Below are positions 12,810-25,500 of a DNA stretch of 64,000 nucleotides, in pieces (the first letter of the stretch is position 1; every line of letters begins with the position of its first letter). The stretch lies in contig JAYWIR010000016.1 in the NCBI GenBank assembly GCA_036172245.1, forward strand, positions 1,550,001 to 1,614,000. Direction: 5' to 3'. Below the pieces are notes generated by a model that saw only the letters and a program-made list of their open reading frames with translations, made no database searches and was not told where the DNA came from. The DNA is from Raillietiella orientalis (Eukaryota). Position numbers and translations under genes: made by a program.

Positions 12810-15341
12810 TGCTGACTCCGTTCTGAGGAGATTTGGGATCGCCTCGCGACGATCCTGGGAATCCCGGCGGGCGGCCCGAGGGACATTTTCAGACTCCTCT
12901 TCGTGCGCAGTGCCGCACTACGTCAGCCGCGTCCCTCGCAGTTCTGTGCTGTCTTCGCGGGATAACGGCGGCCTGGGGCGCTGGAGTAAGAGGCCGAAAT
13001 GGCAGGGATGCCATCCCCCGGGGGCGGATCTTCCTGAGGACCACTTCGAGATGGCCCCATCTGGGCGAGATACGGACAGAACTTGCCAACATCCTGTTCA
13101 GTTCCCTCCCCTGTTTTCTTTGTTTATTTTTTTATTTTATTTTTGTTTTCCCTTCTCCCACGTTGCCGAAGCGGACCTCTCCTGCATGCACATCGCTCTT
13201 CGGCAGGTTCGTTGCACGTGTACCAATGTATTTTTATTACTTTACGTAACAAATGCCCCGGCATAACCGGGTGATCATCATCATCTATGGTTTGGATCCT
13301 AAAAGAGTCCAGCCAGAGGTTTATTTTCCTTGCAGCGGATGTGAATCCATTCAAGTGCGCTCGCTTCCGGAAAGCTCATGGGCTTTGTGAATCGCCGCCG
13401 TGGTCAGCGGTCTTCTCTTCGACCCGCCGATCTTTGCCAGGAGCGTTCCCATCAAGGGTGTGCCAGATTTCTTTGGTAATCCTGAAGGGGGGGAACGGGA
13501 GGCGGTTCCGACCGTAAAGCTTGCTGCGCACGGCTCCTCTTTACTGACCTGCGCGACGGGCTGCCGTAGGCCGTTCGGCGAGTATCTCCACTGGGGTGCT
13601 TGCGTTTCTGCGCTCAGCTTCCTTGCGGCAAGAAGACTCGACGATCCAGATCTTGTGCGACCCCGGGCTCGATGGCAAGGTGCGACTCCTTGGGGAATGC
13701 GCTTCCCGAGGCGATTCACATCTCTGAACGGGCTCTCAGGATTCGTCACACATCAATGGACCCGCTCGTCTGCTGAAGAGCGGGGTTGTAGGACGTGACT
13801 GAGAAGGTCGAGATCGGAAAATCGTTCCAGAAGAACCTGAGAGCTCTTTTCCGGGAGTCTCGCAAGGAGCTGCGTCCTGGCATGTCCGCGCCGTTCCACG
13901 CAGCGGTAAATCCCGTTCGCAAGTGCAGCTCCCTTCCTGCTCTCTCAAGCATTTGATTCGAAACGGAAAGAGCAGGAAAGGCTGGCCACCGGGCTGTCGC
14001 GCCGGCTTCCGCGCGAGCCGTTGAACTGCGCCGTGCGGCACTGGGCGTTGATCACCGCAAGCGCACGCGCGTCGTTCGTTCGAGTCCTCAGGGCGCATGC
14101 GTTGGTCTGGTTCTTTTCGGGGCCGCTTCCGCCTCCTCCTACGGGTGCTGGACGTGCCGGTGTCTCCGCTGTCCGTGCTCACCAAACTCACCTGCCCGCG
14201 CCAGCTTGCCTCTCCCTCTTCCCTCTCTTCCGAGAACAGTGGTGACCCGCATTTGCAAGGAGGTAGTTCCAAGTTGTCGCAGCTTGGCCTAAAAGTAGGA
14301 CTGTTCTTTGCGGGTTGCGCGACGAGAGTCCGCACCCATGCTGGGAAGCAGCAGGAATTTCCAGACGGCTACAAGAAAGGACCGCAAAAGACCCGAAATC
14401 AGCTTCAGCTCTTTCACTTTCTTGGGAAACCATGATAACTGAGTCAGGAGATCTCGGTAAGCCTCCAAAATCGCCGAAACATAGGGAGGCGGATGCGCGA
14501 TCTCTTCTCGGAAGGTAGAGGTCACGGGGGTGCGCAGAGGAGAAGCAGCTGTCGAAGGAGCCGAGGGCTTCCTATGAAAACCAAGTGGTGAAGGGAATCC
14601 AGGGCAGGAGCGGTTCGGGAACGCCAACCCAGACCGGGACAGAATGGCGGAAGTATGCTCGTGATGCTGGATTCGGAATGACCTCACAGGGACGACGGAA
14701 AGAGAAGGCCCTCGCGGAGCAGGGAAGGTCCCCTTCTCGCAGTCGGGAAGAGGGGAGGATCCCTCGGCTGCAGGAGTGGCTTAGGTACGGGAAAAGATTC
14801 CCCGAAGGAGCGCCCATACGGTCCGCCGTCCTCGCGCAACGCGACACCTCCGCCGAGGCGCAAAGTGGATGCGCAAAGTGGATGGGCGAGATATCCGAGG
14901 CGCCTTCCCTTCCGTTGCGTTCTGGCATGCATGACACGGACCCCCGAGCTCCTTTTCATGAATGACCATTAAAGATTGCAGGGTCTACACCGGAGTAATT
15001 ACCGGATATTTTCTCTTCATAGCAAAATATTAGCCATAGAGAATTGACACCAATCAAGGCTCCGGCAGTCAGTTAATTTGGCAACCCGGCAATTAGCAGA
15101 CGAGCGCGCCTCCATATTTATTTTCCTTTTTTTTTTTGTCTTTCTTTGTATTCCGCGCCTCTTCTTCCAGTACTGAGATGTGTGCGATGCACATCTTGCG
15201 ACCGGCTCTCATGTACCGTGAGGCGTTTGTCCTTTTCATTTGAATGAACATCGTGCAGATTACCGGCATTATCCTTCACTACTGATGCATCGTCTCCGTA
15301 GAATAAGAGAACAATGATAGCACTTAAAAGCAGCAGACTGT

Positions 15342-16795
15342 GACCTCCGTCATAGCCGTAGCCTTCACGGAAGACCCCTGCCAGCGATGAGAGCACGTTC
15401 ATACAATTATTCGATGTCTCCAAAATCTCATATCCTCTCTCCAGTTTGAAAAAAAAAAAAAAAAAATACAGGAAGAAGAAGAAGAAGAAAAAGAAAATGT
15501 CGCTCTCTTGTTTTCCTCACCGTTAAACACGGGGAAGCTTCGCGCAAAGCCACGACACTAACACGAGGCAGGCGCTGTGCCCCCAGGCGGCAGGGCAAGG
15601 GACAGCGCGTGCACCTGTTGCGGGAGCACATGCGTGCCAATGTCTCATGCTACTGCTGCTGATGATAATGATGACGACGATGATGATGCAGACCGCAGCC
15701 CTGATTTCTGCGGAAAGAGACCCTCACGCCTCTGCAACGGTGCAAAGGTCAAACCACTGTCACTCTTCGCACCTGCGCAAGCGTAGCAGTGGCACGACCT
15801 TCCCGACCGCAAACAGCAGCAGCAGCACCCGCGCTCTGCGAAGCGACAGCTGCCTTTCTTCCTCCCTTCCGTCTTCCCTCCGCAGTCGTCTGGGGCAGAC
15901 GATGCCGATCCGGAGCGGCCCGGGAACGCTCCGTGCCGGGCAGCCCAACGTACCCGGCCGCGCGTGCGGACGCGCAGAGAACCTCGTGGTGCGTCTGGTC
16001 GGATCCCGCGTGCCCTCCCCTCGCACGCCGCGCCGAGCAGCACGGCAACCGTTTTTCGATAGTCCCTGGGGCGCGAGAGCAGCTACCGGAAGCCGCCCTC
16101 TCTGGCGTCTCCGGCGAACGGGAAGCTGCGCCTCCGTCCTCCGGAGAGTCAGGGCTCCTGTCCGCCCGCTGCTCTTGCCAGACGGTCGCGCGGGCTTCCT
16201 GCGGGAGACCGGTCGTAGCAGCTCCACACGCTCGCAGAGGGCTGTGCGCCCGCAGGAAGAGCGGACGGCACCTCGCTCGCGGGTGCTCGACCCGGGGTCC
16301 CTAGTTCGAAGAGGCACGCGGAAACGCGGACTTCGGCCGGGAGAGCGTGGCAGCAGGCAGGTGCGTCGTCGCATCGCTCCCGAGCAGGACGAGGGGAGCC
16401 AGCGGCAAAGGAGTCACGGAGACCGCTCCAGCCTTTCCGCGGAGCTTTCCCGCGACGGCGGAGACCCCGCGCGGCTTGCACTGCGGACTGGTAGCCTCCC
16501 GCTCGCTCGCCCCCTGCCGGAAGCAGGAGTCCGGCGCTGCGGACTGAGGCCGGGCTCGCGCTGCGTGAGCTTCGGCCCCCCTCCGTGGGGTCAGGGTGTC
16601 TCCCTCGGGTGCGATGCAGACGATGCGAGATGCAGGAGGCGCCGCAGCTTCGATGGCTCCGCGAGCGATCCTTAGCTGCGGAAGCTGTCTGCGTGGAGTC
16701 GCTGTGGGCTCCCTGGCAGCCGTGTGACTTCACCGGAGGCGCGCGGCGCGGTCGTGTTCCCGGTGCCGGCGTCTCGCGTCGCAAGGCGCGCGTGC
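15342..16795 (+). repeat. Left arm of 1.45 kb inverted repeat
   Basis: Reverse complement of 54504-55956. The same ORF translations appear on opposite strands (342 aa at 15647+ and 55652-). Only three differences noticed: A-run 18 vs 17, and substitutions at 16140 and 16784. Contains an A-tract, (GAA)n and (GAT/GAC)n. Confidence 0.97.
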
Positions 16796-17429
16796 GAGGG
16801 GGTCGGCGGGCACAGGGATGGCTGAACCGCAGGTCTGCTCGCTCGGGGTCGGAATTTTCCCCTGCTGTCAGGGATTGACCACGAGGTGCTGGAGCTTGCC
16901 CGTGAGACGTCTCACGGCATGAGGGCATCTTGCTGGTTGCGAACCCACACGACTGGTGAGGGGCACTCTGGAGTGCATCCCGTGGACGGAAAGGTCCACG
17001 AGTAGCTGCGTTCGGTTTCCGCAGATGGGATTTCTTTTGGGGTGAGCCGAGGTCTCTCAGGTGCCCAGCGGCGAGAAACAGCTTGGAACAGAACACGAAC
17101 TTGGGTCACTAGCGGAGACAGCTGCTGTCTTAGCGCTGTTCCAGTGGCTTCGGAGACTGTAAGGAGGAGAGCCGAGTCCAAGGGGAAAGGTTAGGGAAGA
17201 TCCTTGCAGGTCCACCGCTTTCGTCTCTGCGCTGCCAAGGTCACTCTTCACGGTGCCCCTGGTTCAAAGACTTGCTGAGAGAAGCGGTGGAAGCGGATGC
17301 GTGGGTGGTTGGGAGGAAACCGGTGGCCTCCGTCCCGCTTTCTCGTTTGTAGCAGCTAGAAAAGAGCGCAAAACATCAGCGAAAGGAGGAGCTTTCCCCA
17401 CAGCCCATAATGTGATCAAAGGATGTAAT

Positions 17430-17710
17430 GCTGCAGGAGTTCTGCCATTGCGTTCGGTTTGCCTTCACAGCCAGCCCTCAGGAGAAGCACAACCAGAACC
17501 GGAAGCTTCTCGGTTCATCACGGTGTGATGGCCCCCTAAGTCCACCTATCCACTTGCCCCGGCCACAACAGAAGGTCATCCGCAACCTCACCGTTTGCCC
17601 AGTGAGGCGGAATCCTGAAGATTTCAAGGTCATCAGGTGGCTCTCGTTTTGCCCTTCCTCGTGCCGCAGGTCAAACCCGTGCAGTGCTCCAACCAACCTG
17701 ATCTTTCCTT
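17430..17710 (-). mobile_element. Decayed Tx1-like ORF1 relic
   Basis: GLTCGTR, MTLK...GQTV and LCFS*G motifs spread over several frames. Confidence 0.3.
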
Positions 17711-18696
17711 CCTCCAGTAGGAAGGAAAGATCTGCGATGCCACAGGGATTCCAAAAACGAGGATGCGAAGAACGGGAGCTCGGATGGGGGAGAGAAGGCG
17801 GGGAGAGGGAAGAGGAGGGGCAGATTCTCGGCGGATCATCCGCGGATCCTGTCGGTCGGCGCACCGAGCCCTCCAGCTTCCGGGATTCGTGGGCTCTTCT
17901 CTTCGGATGGGGGCGGAGACGGAGCTCTCAGCTAAAGATTCTCGATCGCGCAGCGACTGAAAGATGAAAGACGCTGACGTGAACAAATGGGCAAATAAGG
18001 GAGGAAAAATGGGGTCCTGGGGCGGAAAATCCTGAACGTTTCCAAGGTTTCTTCGCGTTTTCGAAAGATCCCTCACCTTCCTTAATAGGGTAGTACACGC
18101 AGCCTCCAGCAGCAAGCCGAGAAAGATTATTGACTGCAGGTGATCTGCAAAAATTAAATGGAGAACTTCATACGTCATCAGGGTGATGTTTGCTTAGGGG
18201 GACGCTGCCCTTCCGCCAAGGGATCTTTTCCTTTTCATTCAGCTCGCGGTTCCTTTCCCTCCTTCCCAATCCCTTCCCTCCTTTCTCCTCCCCTCCCTCC
18301 TCCGAGGTCCCACGAGGCAATTTTCCGTGGACGGTGGTCATCACTTGAAGCTGGTGGACGAGCTCATGCGAGTAAGTGGATCATACCAATTTTGATCCGC
18401 AGGATTTCTGCATCCTGGGGTCTCGGAAAAGTCCTGGGAGGCTGTGGACCGAGCACGGAGCGGAGGTTTTGGTGTTGTCTGAGAAGAAGGTTTTAGGGAT
18501 GTGGTGGTGATGGAGGAAGAGGGAGGAAGAGCGCTCCAAGCTGCCGTGGCGTCCGGCCGGAGAGGGGGCGACGGTGGCCGGTTGCCTGGCAGCGGCGGGT
18601 GGGGGGGGGAGGGAGGGAAGAGGAAGGGGACAGGGTAGGGGGAGGCCGGCGGGCACGCTCCCCTCACTCCGCCACGCCGTGGGGCGCGAGCAGGAG

Positions 18697-18925
18697 GTAA
18701 ACAAAAAGCCCCGTCGCCATCACGTAATTTGATGCCATCCGATGGCGTTCGCGACGGGCCCAGGGGGACTCGCACCAGGAAATTGCCCGATAATGAATAC
18801 CGCGTTTCGAGAACTTTCAGAGCCCCATTGTTTGTTTACGGCGGGCTAATAGCCTGCCGACCTGGGAACACTCCCGCACGTCTCGGAGATGACGTCGAGA
18901 TCATGTAATGGCTGTTATTCCCGCC
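18697..18925. promoter_or_regulatory. Candidate enhancer-like motif cluster
   Basis: Forkhead-type GTAAACA (18697) and TGTTTAC (18833), several TAAT cores and TGACGTC (18890) in a less repetitive island. Confidence 0.25.
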
Positions 18926-19404
18926 GGAAGATCGCTGGTCACCTTCCCACGCGGGGCGGGTCATCAGAAGAAGATCGCTGGTCACTCAGGAGTTCCCTGA
19001 GACGCCTGAATGAGGCCGGACTTCTTAAAGAGAGGAGAGAGCCTGTCCAGGGGGTTGGATCTCGCAGAAGGGCGTGGGGGACTTGCAAGCACCGGAGTCC
19101 CCGTGGCGTGAGGCGTTCGCCCGTGGGATGTGAGGACGCGCGAAGACGGGCGGCTGGTTGGCGGCGACCCGCAGGCAGGGACGGCAGGGTACCGGAAGGT
19201 CGGAGGGCGGGCTCCATCGCTGTCAGGAGAACTCGTTGTGGGCGGGTGGGTGGTGGAAATCCGCTGCTTTTCGGCCGGGATGCTGGCAGGGTACGTCACG
19301 GGACGGCTCCTCCCGTTCTGGGGATAGCACGGGAGTTGAGTTCCGTCTGGAAATCGGATCCAGGGCAGAGGCTCCTTTTTTTTTTTTACAAGATGAAGCT
19401 TCGA

Positions 19405-19555
19405 GGTCGAGAGGGAACGCCGGAGGGAACAACACAGTTCTTCCGGGCAAAGAAAGCGGGTTTCAGAGGATCCTTTCAGAGGATCTTCCAGGATCCACCT
19501 ACTAGCCATCTCGGTCGATTCAGTCCCGCCCTTTCAGTGGGGTCTGCATCCGGAA
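19405..19555 (-). mobile_element. Possible very degenerate SINE copy
   Basis: GAGGGAACGCCGGAGGGAAC and CCATCTCGGTCGAT resemble body and head segments of the other copies, in the same order. Confidence 0.3.
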
Positions 19556-22500
19556 CAACTCTTCTCAAAGCAGATGGTGGCCTCCAGGGAACCGGAGGTC
19601 CGTCAACTCCTCCTCTGATCCCTGGTTCATTTCTAAGGGTTCCCCTTTCTGTGTAGAGGGTGGGACGGGGGATGGAACCTCAACAATTCTGAGATGCGAT
19701 CCTCTTCCCTTCCTGATGGAGAACGATCCTTCCACCCTTTTCTCTCTTTTGGGAAATCCCGAGCGCGCCCACAGGGATTTTGATTACAGGGTATTCCTGG
19801 ACTCCCCCGCTTTCGAGATTCCGGAAAGCGTTAAGCGGTCCAGAAAGGGCCTTCTGGAGAACGGAGAGGAAGAGCAGAAAAGGAGGCAAAGAACCCAGAA
19901 TTCCTCCCTCCTTCTCCTTCCTGTTTCCCTTCCTTCAACGTCCCCTCAAATCGACTGCGTCTTCCAGGGAAAGAGCGGATGATTCCCTAGGAACGGGAAA
20001 GCAGAAGGAACCAGCAGCGCCTTCCGGAAGACAACAGACGGAGTGGAGGAGGAGATTGGGCAAAAGATCAGTCAAGAGAGCTCGTCTTGAGATGGACGTT
20101 GCCATGGATGTTGTGGGCAAAGAAATGGGAAAAAGGGGTTTCCTGGAGGATGTTCCGCAAACGCCATTCTCCATTTCCTCACCTTCCTCTTCTCCTTCTT
20201 GGAGATCCTTCCGGGTGCTCTCCATACCCAAATGGAGAAGAGACACGACCCTTCCCAACAGCTGCAGGTGATCAAGCGAGGCCGGTGGGCGTTCCCCTTC
20301 ATGGATCAAGGGAACGGGAGAAGGTCCCCTGTCCTTCCTCGTCCAATGGATTGCTCCTCGAAGTGAGCGTGGAGAGTCCAGACCATGGGTTTTCCGGAAC
20401 CGATATCCTGAGTTTTGGGCACTCTACCACCTGGCACATTCTCGTAATTCCTTGCCTATCCCCTTTCCTATCCCGTTTCCTGCGCAGGTGCTGTCAGTGG
20501 CAGAGTCGCTTGCGACCCAATGCTTCCCGTCCTTCCTTAAGTCGGCTTCCGCCTTCGCGACCGGACGCGCTCCTGAGGCCAGTCCAGCGCAGGAGAAAGC
20601 GGCAACCTGTGCGCCTGCATCCCATCTCGAAGCACCCTTGGTCTTCTCGAGGAAAGCAAGGCGAAGGAAAAAGCGTCCTAAGGGATCCCTTGGAATTCCT
20701 CGTGACCAGGCACTGCGACGGAGGGCGGCGCGACTTTCGCCTCAGGGATGCCGCGAGGGTTCCCTTTGCACATCTGCGCTCTGCACCCCAGAGGTACCAC
20801 CCATGTGCAAGCGCGGTGTTCCCCAGCTCCATGGCGGGATGCCCTTTTACGCGTGGGGCTCTCGCCCCTCGCCCGCCGCGTGGGCGCACCGCGGTTTCCC
20901 GCAGGCGACTGTGCCGGCTGCGACGGCGTGGTGTCCGCCGCGCCGCGAGCCGTCGCAGCCTGTACGGAGTGCCCACCGGAAGGGGCGGCGGGCTGGAGGA
21001 CCCGGATGTTTGCGTGCCTTCTGCCGCCACCGGCTCTGCCCCCTCCCTCTGTCTCCCCTGCTCCGGGTCTCCCTCAGGACGCAGTGAGGCCACGCGCGCT
21101 GCTTCCCGGCGGCGTCCGCGCCTCTCGCGCGAGGCGCTTCCGCCAGGAGGGAAGGTCGGGCGCGTGCGGCAGAGCGGGGAGTGCCCTGAACGACGTCGCC
21201 GACTGCACGCCCCGGCAGATCTCTTTTGTTCGCCCCGGGAACCCAAGGCGGACTTCGCCGTGACCTTGAAATTTGAATGCCTTTCGTTCCGCCAAAGAAC
21301 GAATCCGTCCGCCCCGGAACGCAGCACCAAACGTGGCCGCCGGCAGTACATGCTGGACACAGCCGTACTATGGCAATGCCGCCTCGGAGTCGGCGCGTTC
21401 AAAGCCACCCGCGGTCGGCAGCAGCGCCAGGTTCCTTTCGGCGGCACACCGCCTTCCCCTCCCTCACTCTTCCCTCCTGCGGCGCGCGCTCATTTCGGGA
21501 TGACTTTCAGGAAACGCCGGCGCTTCCCCGTCCTCCTCCAGCTCGCGGAGCCACCGCCCGCTCTCCCGTCTCTGTCCCGGGGCCCGCCGCCCTGTAAAGA
21601 CTAGGGCTTCCGACTTCTCCAGGAGGCCTCGCCTGCTCTTCAGGCGCCGCTGCGCCAGAAGGTCGGGAGGGAGGGCTGCGGAGGAAGGTGGAGAGGGGGA
21701 GAAGGGATGGGAAGAGACGTTCCTTCGTCCGCTGCTGAACAGGACCGGACGTGTCTCACCGAAAAGTAAGGACCGAAAGCGAACGATTCTCTGGCTCTCG
21801 GTGAGGCGGCGGCCCGACGCCAGCAGGGCGTGGAGAGGGATAACGCGCGTGTGCGCCGTACCGGCGTCTTCTCGCCTGTCGTCTCCCTCGGTTCGTTCAT
21901 CCCGGCGTTCCTCCAGGGGGACGGGAACTCTCCGTTCCGGAAAGAGCGCGCTAAGAGCGAAAGAGATCGTTGCGAGGGGAGTGGGAAGGAGGGAGGGGAA
22001 GGAGACGCTCCACGATCTGATTCGCAACGACCCGGAGGAAGAAGGAAGAGGACGGGAGTTAGAGGAACCACTCATCCGCCAGGGAGAAAGCGACTGCGAA
22101 TGGGAGGGGGTGGTGGGGGAGGACAGGGAAGAAGAGTTCGCTCCTCTTCTGCCCCGCCAGGTGCGCCCTGACCATCCCCTTTTCCAGAACCGCAATGCCT
22201 CTTCCCCTTCGCGTATCCCTTCTCCCACTTCTATGCAGAAGCCGTCGCACTTTTCCAGCAGAGGAAACCGGGAGAGGAGAGGCGGTACTGGGGAGCACCA
22301 CCCCTCTGTCATAGGCTGTGATCACTCCCTTCGTCTCCCCTGTTCCGGGACTTCCTCAGGGCATCCGCTGCTGAGGAGGCTGTCGCCAATTACCAGAGGA
22401 GGCAGTGTCACCCCTCAACACGTGCTCAACAGTAGGCGCACCACCACCACCTCTGGTAGAGGTAGTAGGCAGCCAGCCGTCCCCATTGCTTCCAGCACCA

Positions 22501-25500
22501 CCGCTGACCGACAGCAGCGGCAACAACAACGGAAAAGACGCGATCTCGGAGAAGAGGTTTGTGCCATCCTGATGGCGCTCGACTCCTCCATCGAGTGACC
22601 ACGCTTCCTCTGCATCCGGCTCTCTGGAGGAGGGATCCAAGGAACCTCCTTTCCTCATCTCCCCTTCTCTCCTCCCACGCAGTCCAGGCTCCGTCTCCGG
22701 AGTGCGCATTCTCGAGGAAAAAGCGATCCCCTGCCTTGAGGGTGGTGCACGCCGATGCTCAGCTGGGTCAATGGCTCTCCTCCTTCTCCCCTCCTCCTTT
22801 CCCTTCTTACCTCCCGTTCGAAGCTCGTTCAACCCACTGGCGCCTCCTCTGTGGTATCGTGCTCCTCTGCAGCCACCAGGAAGTCCGTGACGCAGGGGTA
22901 AGGCAAGGAGATCCAAATGCGGACCTTCATGAAACTCAGACTCCTGGAAAGCACTTAGAGACTCATGTCGCATCGGGCTGCAGACAGGTTCGCCCCGATA
23001 GGGAACCCCTAACGGGTCGGCAACAGGTTGAGGTCCTGTTCTCTTGGGAACCGAAGCAAAAGGATGGGAGTGAAATGGGGTGGAGGGAAGAACCCTGAAA
23101 GGGGGTGGGACGCGTTTTGAAGGCACCGAAAATGGGAAGCCCGAGTGGGAAGCTTTCCGCCATGTCCGGAGCGCACTTGGACAGGTCAGTAGCCCCTGCA
23201 GATGTGAGTTCGGGTGCTGGTGACCAAGTCCCCTTGGTTACGGAACTGCATTTTTGCTTTCCTCGCACACAGGAAGACGGATCAGGGGACTGATTTTGAG
23301 GGTGGATCGGAGAGACGGAGGGGTCTGCCTCAGGTGCCTACTGCTGGGATGCAGGGCTCCTCAAAGGAGGATCGACTCCGATGAGCAGCTTCGCAGCTCA
23401 CCAGGAGGGCGAATAACCACCGGCCATCTTTCTGCTGCTACGAGTGAAGGGGTATCAACTGACCGAGAGGAAGGAAGGCAAACAAGAAAGAGAGAAAGAG
23501 GCCTTTTGGTTCCTTCCTGCGTAGGGTCGCCTAAGACACAGGAAGTTTTTCTCTGGGGGCACAGGAGGGGGTCGCCCTGTCCTCGTGCTCCGAGCGCATC
23601 TGGAGCTCTCAGCCGGGCGCCATACTTGTTTACTCGGAGGTCATTGATCCGGGGACTCAACTCGTCTTCCTTTCGGAGAGTGGGAACGAGCTGCTCCTCG
23701 TCCCAGTTCGATTTGGGTCAGAGGCAGAGGAACGGAGGGAAAAAAAACGGAACAATGGAAGTGAATGGCAGACCGGAAACGTCAAAGAAGGCGACGGAGG
23801 GAATCTCCTTGCCACCAGAGGGCTCCGGAAGGGAGAAATCTTTCGACAGGATCATTCCCAATTTGGCGCTCGTCTGTCGCGATGGGACAAATGGCCTGAA
23901 GGGGGGGGGGAAGGGGGGCTCAGCACCTGCGTCTCTTCTTGCTCCCTCCCCACCTGATGCGTTCCATTTCAGACCTTCCGGTGAGTGGACGGGGAAGAGA
24001 CCTCCCGGGGAAGAATCTCAAGGTCACTGCTGTGGCACGTGCGAGTGCGAAAACTTCGCGTGCCACGTGCAGTTCTAGAGCTGGTGCGCCTGGCAGCACC
24101 GTGGTTTCCAGTCCTGAACCACCACCACATAGTTCGTGGCTGAAGGCCATCTCCAGCTTCCGAGTCAGCGTGCCGTGGAAGTTGCAGGCCACTGTGCAGG
24201 TCGACGTCTCCGCATAGGTGGCAGTCCAGGCAGCCCGTGCAGTGTGGTCTCAGGGTCATTCGAGTAGTAGGCAGTATGCGCCTGCTTCCGGGAAATTTTT
24301 CGCGAGCGGAGCGGGGAGGGACACCCCTCCTGGGTTCTCAGCCGCCCGGAATCTACTGGATGAGGGCGCGAGATGGCGCTCGCAGTGACGACGGGCGGCA
24401 GACTAACGGCGTTACCAAAATAACGCGCCGTCTTCCCTCGGGATGCGGGGAGCTCTCCCTGTCAACAAGTAGCGTGTGTCGGATTACCAGGGGGCACCGC
24501 TGCAGCCGGGTCCCGGGCTGGTGCATGTCTCCCGGGAGACTTCCGTCGCTGCGCTCCGCTTGGTTTCTCCGACCCGTAGGGTTCCGTGGCTGCCCACCCC
24601 GAAGTTCCGAGCCCTCCTGGAGCCCGTCCGACGGCGGGGAGACGGGCGCCTCGCGATCGCAGACTCAGCAGCAGCAGCAGCAGCGGGAAGTGCGCGTCTG
24701 CTCTCGCGCTGCATCTTTACCGAAAAACGGGGCGGGACGCGAGCGACGCCCCTCTTCCTCGAGCAGGATGACCACACCTCGATCCTAACAGACCCTGTGG
24801 AGAGGGCGGGAGCGTGGGAGTTGAGGGCCAACGAGCCCAGGAGGGAAGGGACGGAATCGAGGGGTCATCTGGGAAAGGAACGTCGTCGCGAGGAGGCAGC
24901 GTCCTTGATGGATCCCGCCTGGGGCTGGGGGAGACAGCTCGAGACGGGTGGGCGACTCAAGCGGCGGGGAATAGCGCCTACCTTCCCGGCGTTGCCCTCT
25001 CCCTCACCCCCTGAGAATTAGTCCAGAGGGGTCCCGAGGAAGAAGCCAGAGAAGTCAGTCCCATCCTGCTCCCCCCGCTTACCCCCTCCATCCTTTACCC
25101 CTCTCCAGGAGAGCGTGGAGAAGACTGGCTGGGCTTCCTCCCGTCCTCCAAGCGGGGAGGGACTTCTCCTGAGACAGGTTTGCTCAGGAAGAGGAGGAAA
25201 CGTCTGCATCCGGGGTCGGCTGCGGTGACCGAGGGCGGGTGAGTCGGGGGTAGAGCGCGGGATGACGATGGGGTCGGGGGAGAGTCGATAGTCCTTTGAG
25301 CAGTCCCGTGAGCGAGGCTATGCTCCCCAACGGGGAGACCGAGGGACTCGCTCGCCCCCTCTCCCCTCCTACACCCCTCTCCCCCTTCTGGTCCTCCTCA
25401 GACCCCGCGAAGGCAGAGGAGGACGCTCTCCAGGATGGCCCTGTTCCTCGCGCGCATAGGCCGCGCAAGCGCAGAGCCAACCGACGTGTAAAGCGCCCGG

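Noticed and set aside
14868..14885. Short tandem duplications (GCGCAAAGTGGAT twice near here; CACTCTCTAGA twice near 6369) as a repeat array or CRISPR
   Set aside because: Only two adjacent units with no spacers; ordinary slippage in a eukaryotic genome.
15647..16675. 342-aa ORF present in both repeat arms as a duplicated gene or transposase
   Set aside because: Starts in a microsatellite, is Arg-rich with no catalytic motif, and is identical only because the DNA is duplicated.
20087..21604. 505-aa ORF and other long ORF-track ORFs (e.g. 317-1366, 26157-27128, 28650-29663)
   Set aside because: Arg/Pro/Gly/Ser-rich low-complexity translations open in several overlapping frames with no domain motif; expected in very GC-rich DNA.
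22895..22925. GVRQGDP reverse transcriptase motif on + strand
   Set aside because: Not followed by LSP or a YADD motif; the surrounding sequence fits an ORF1-like relic on the opposite strand better.
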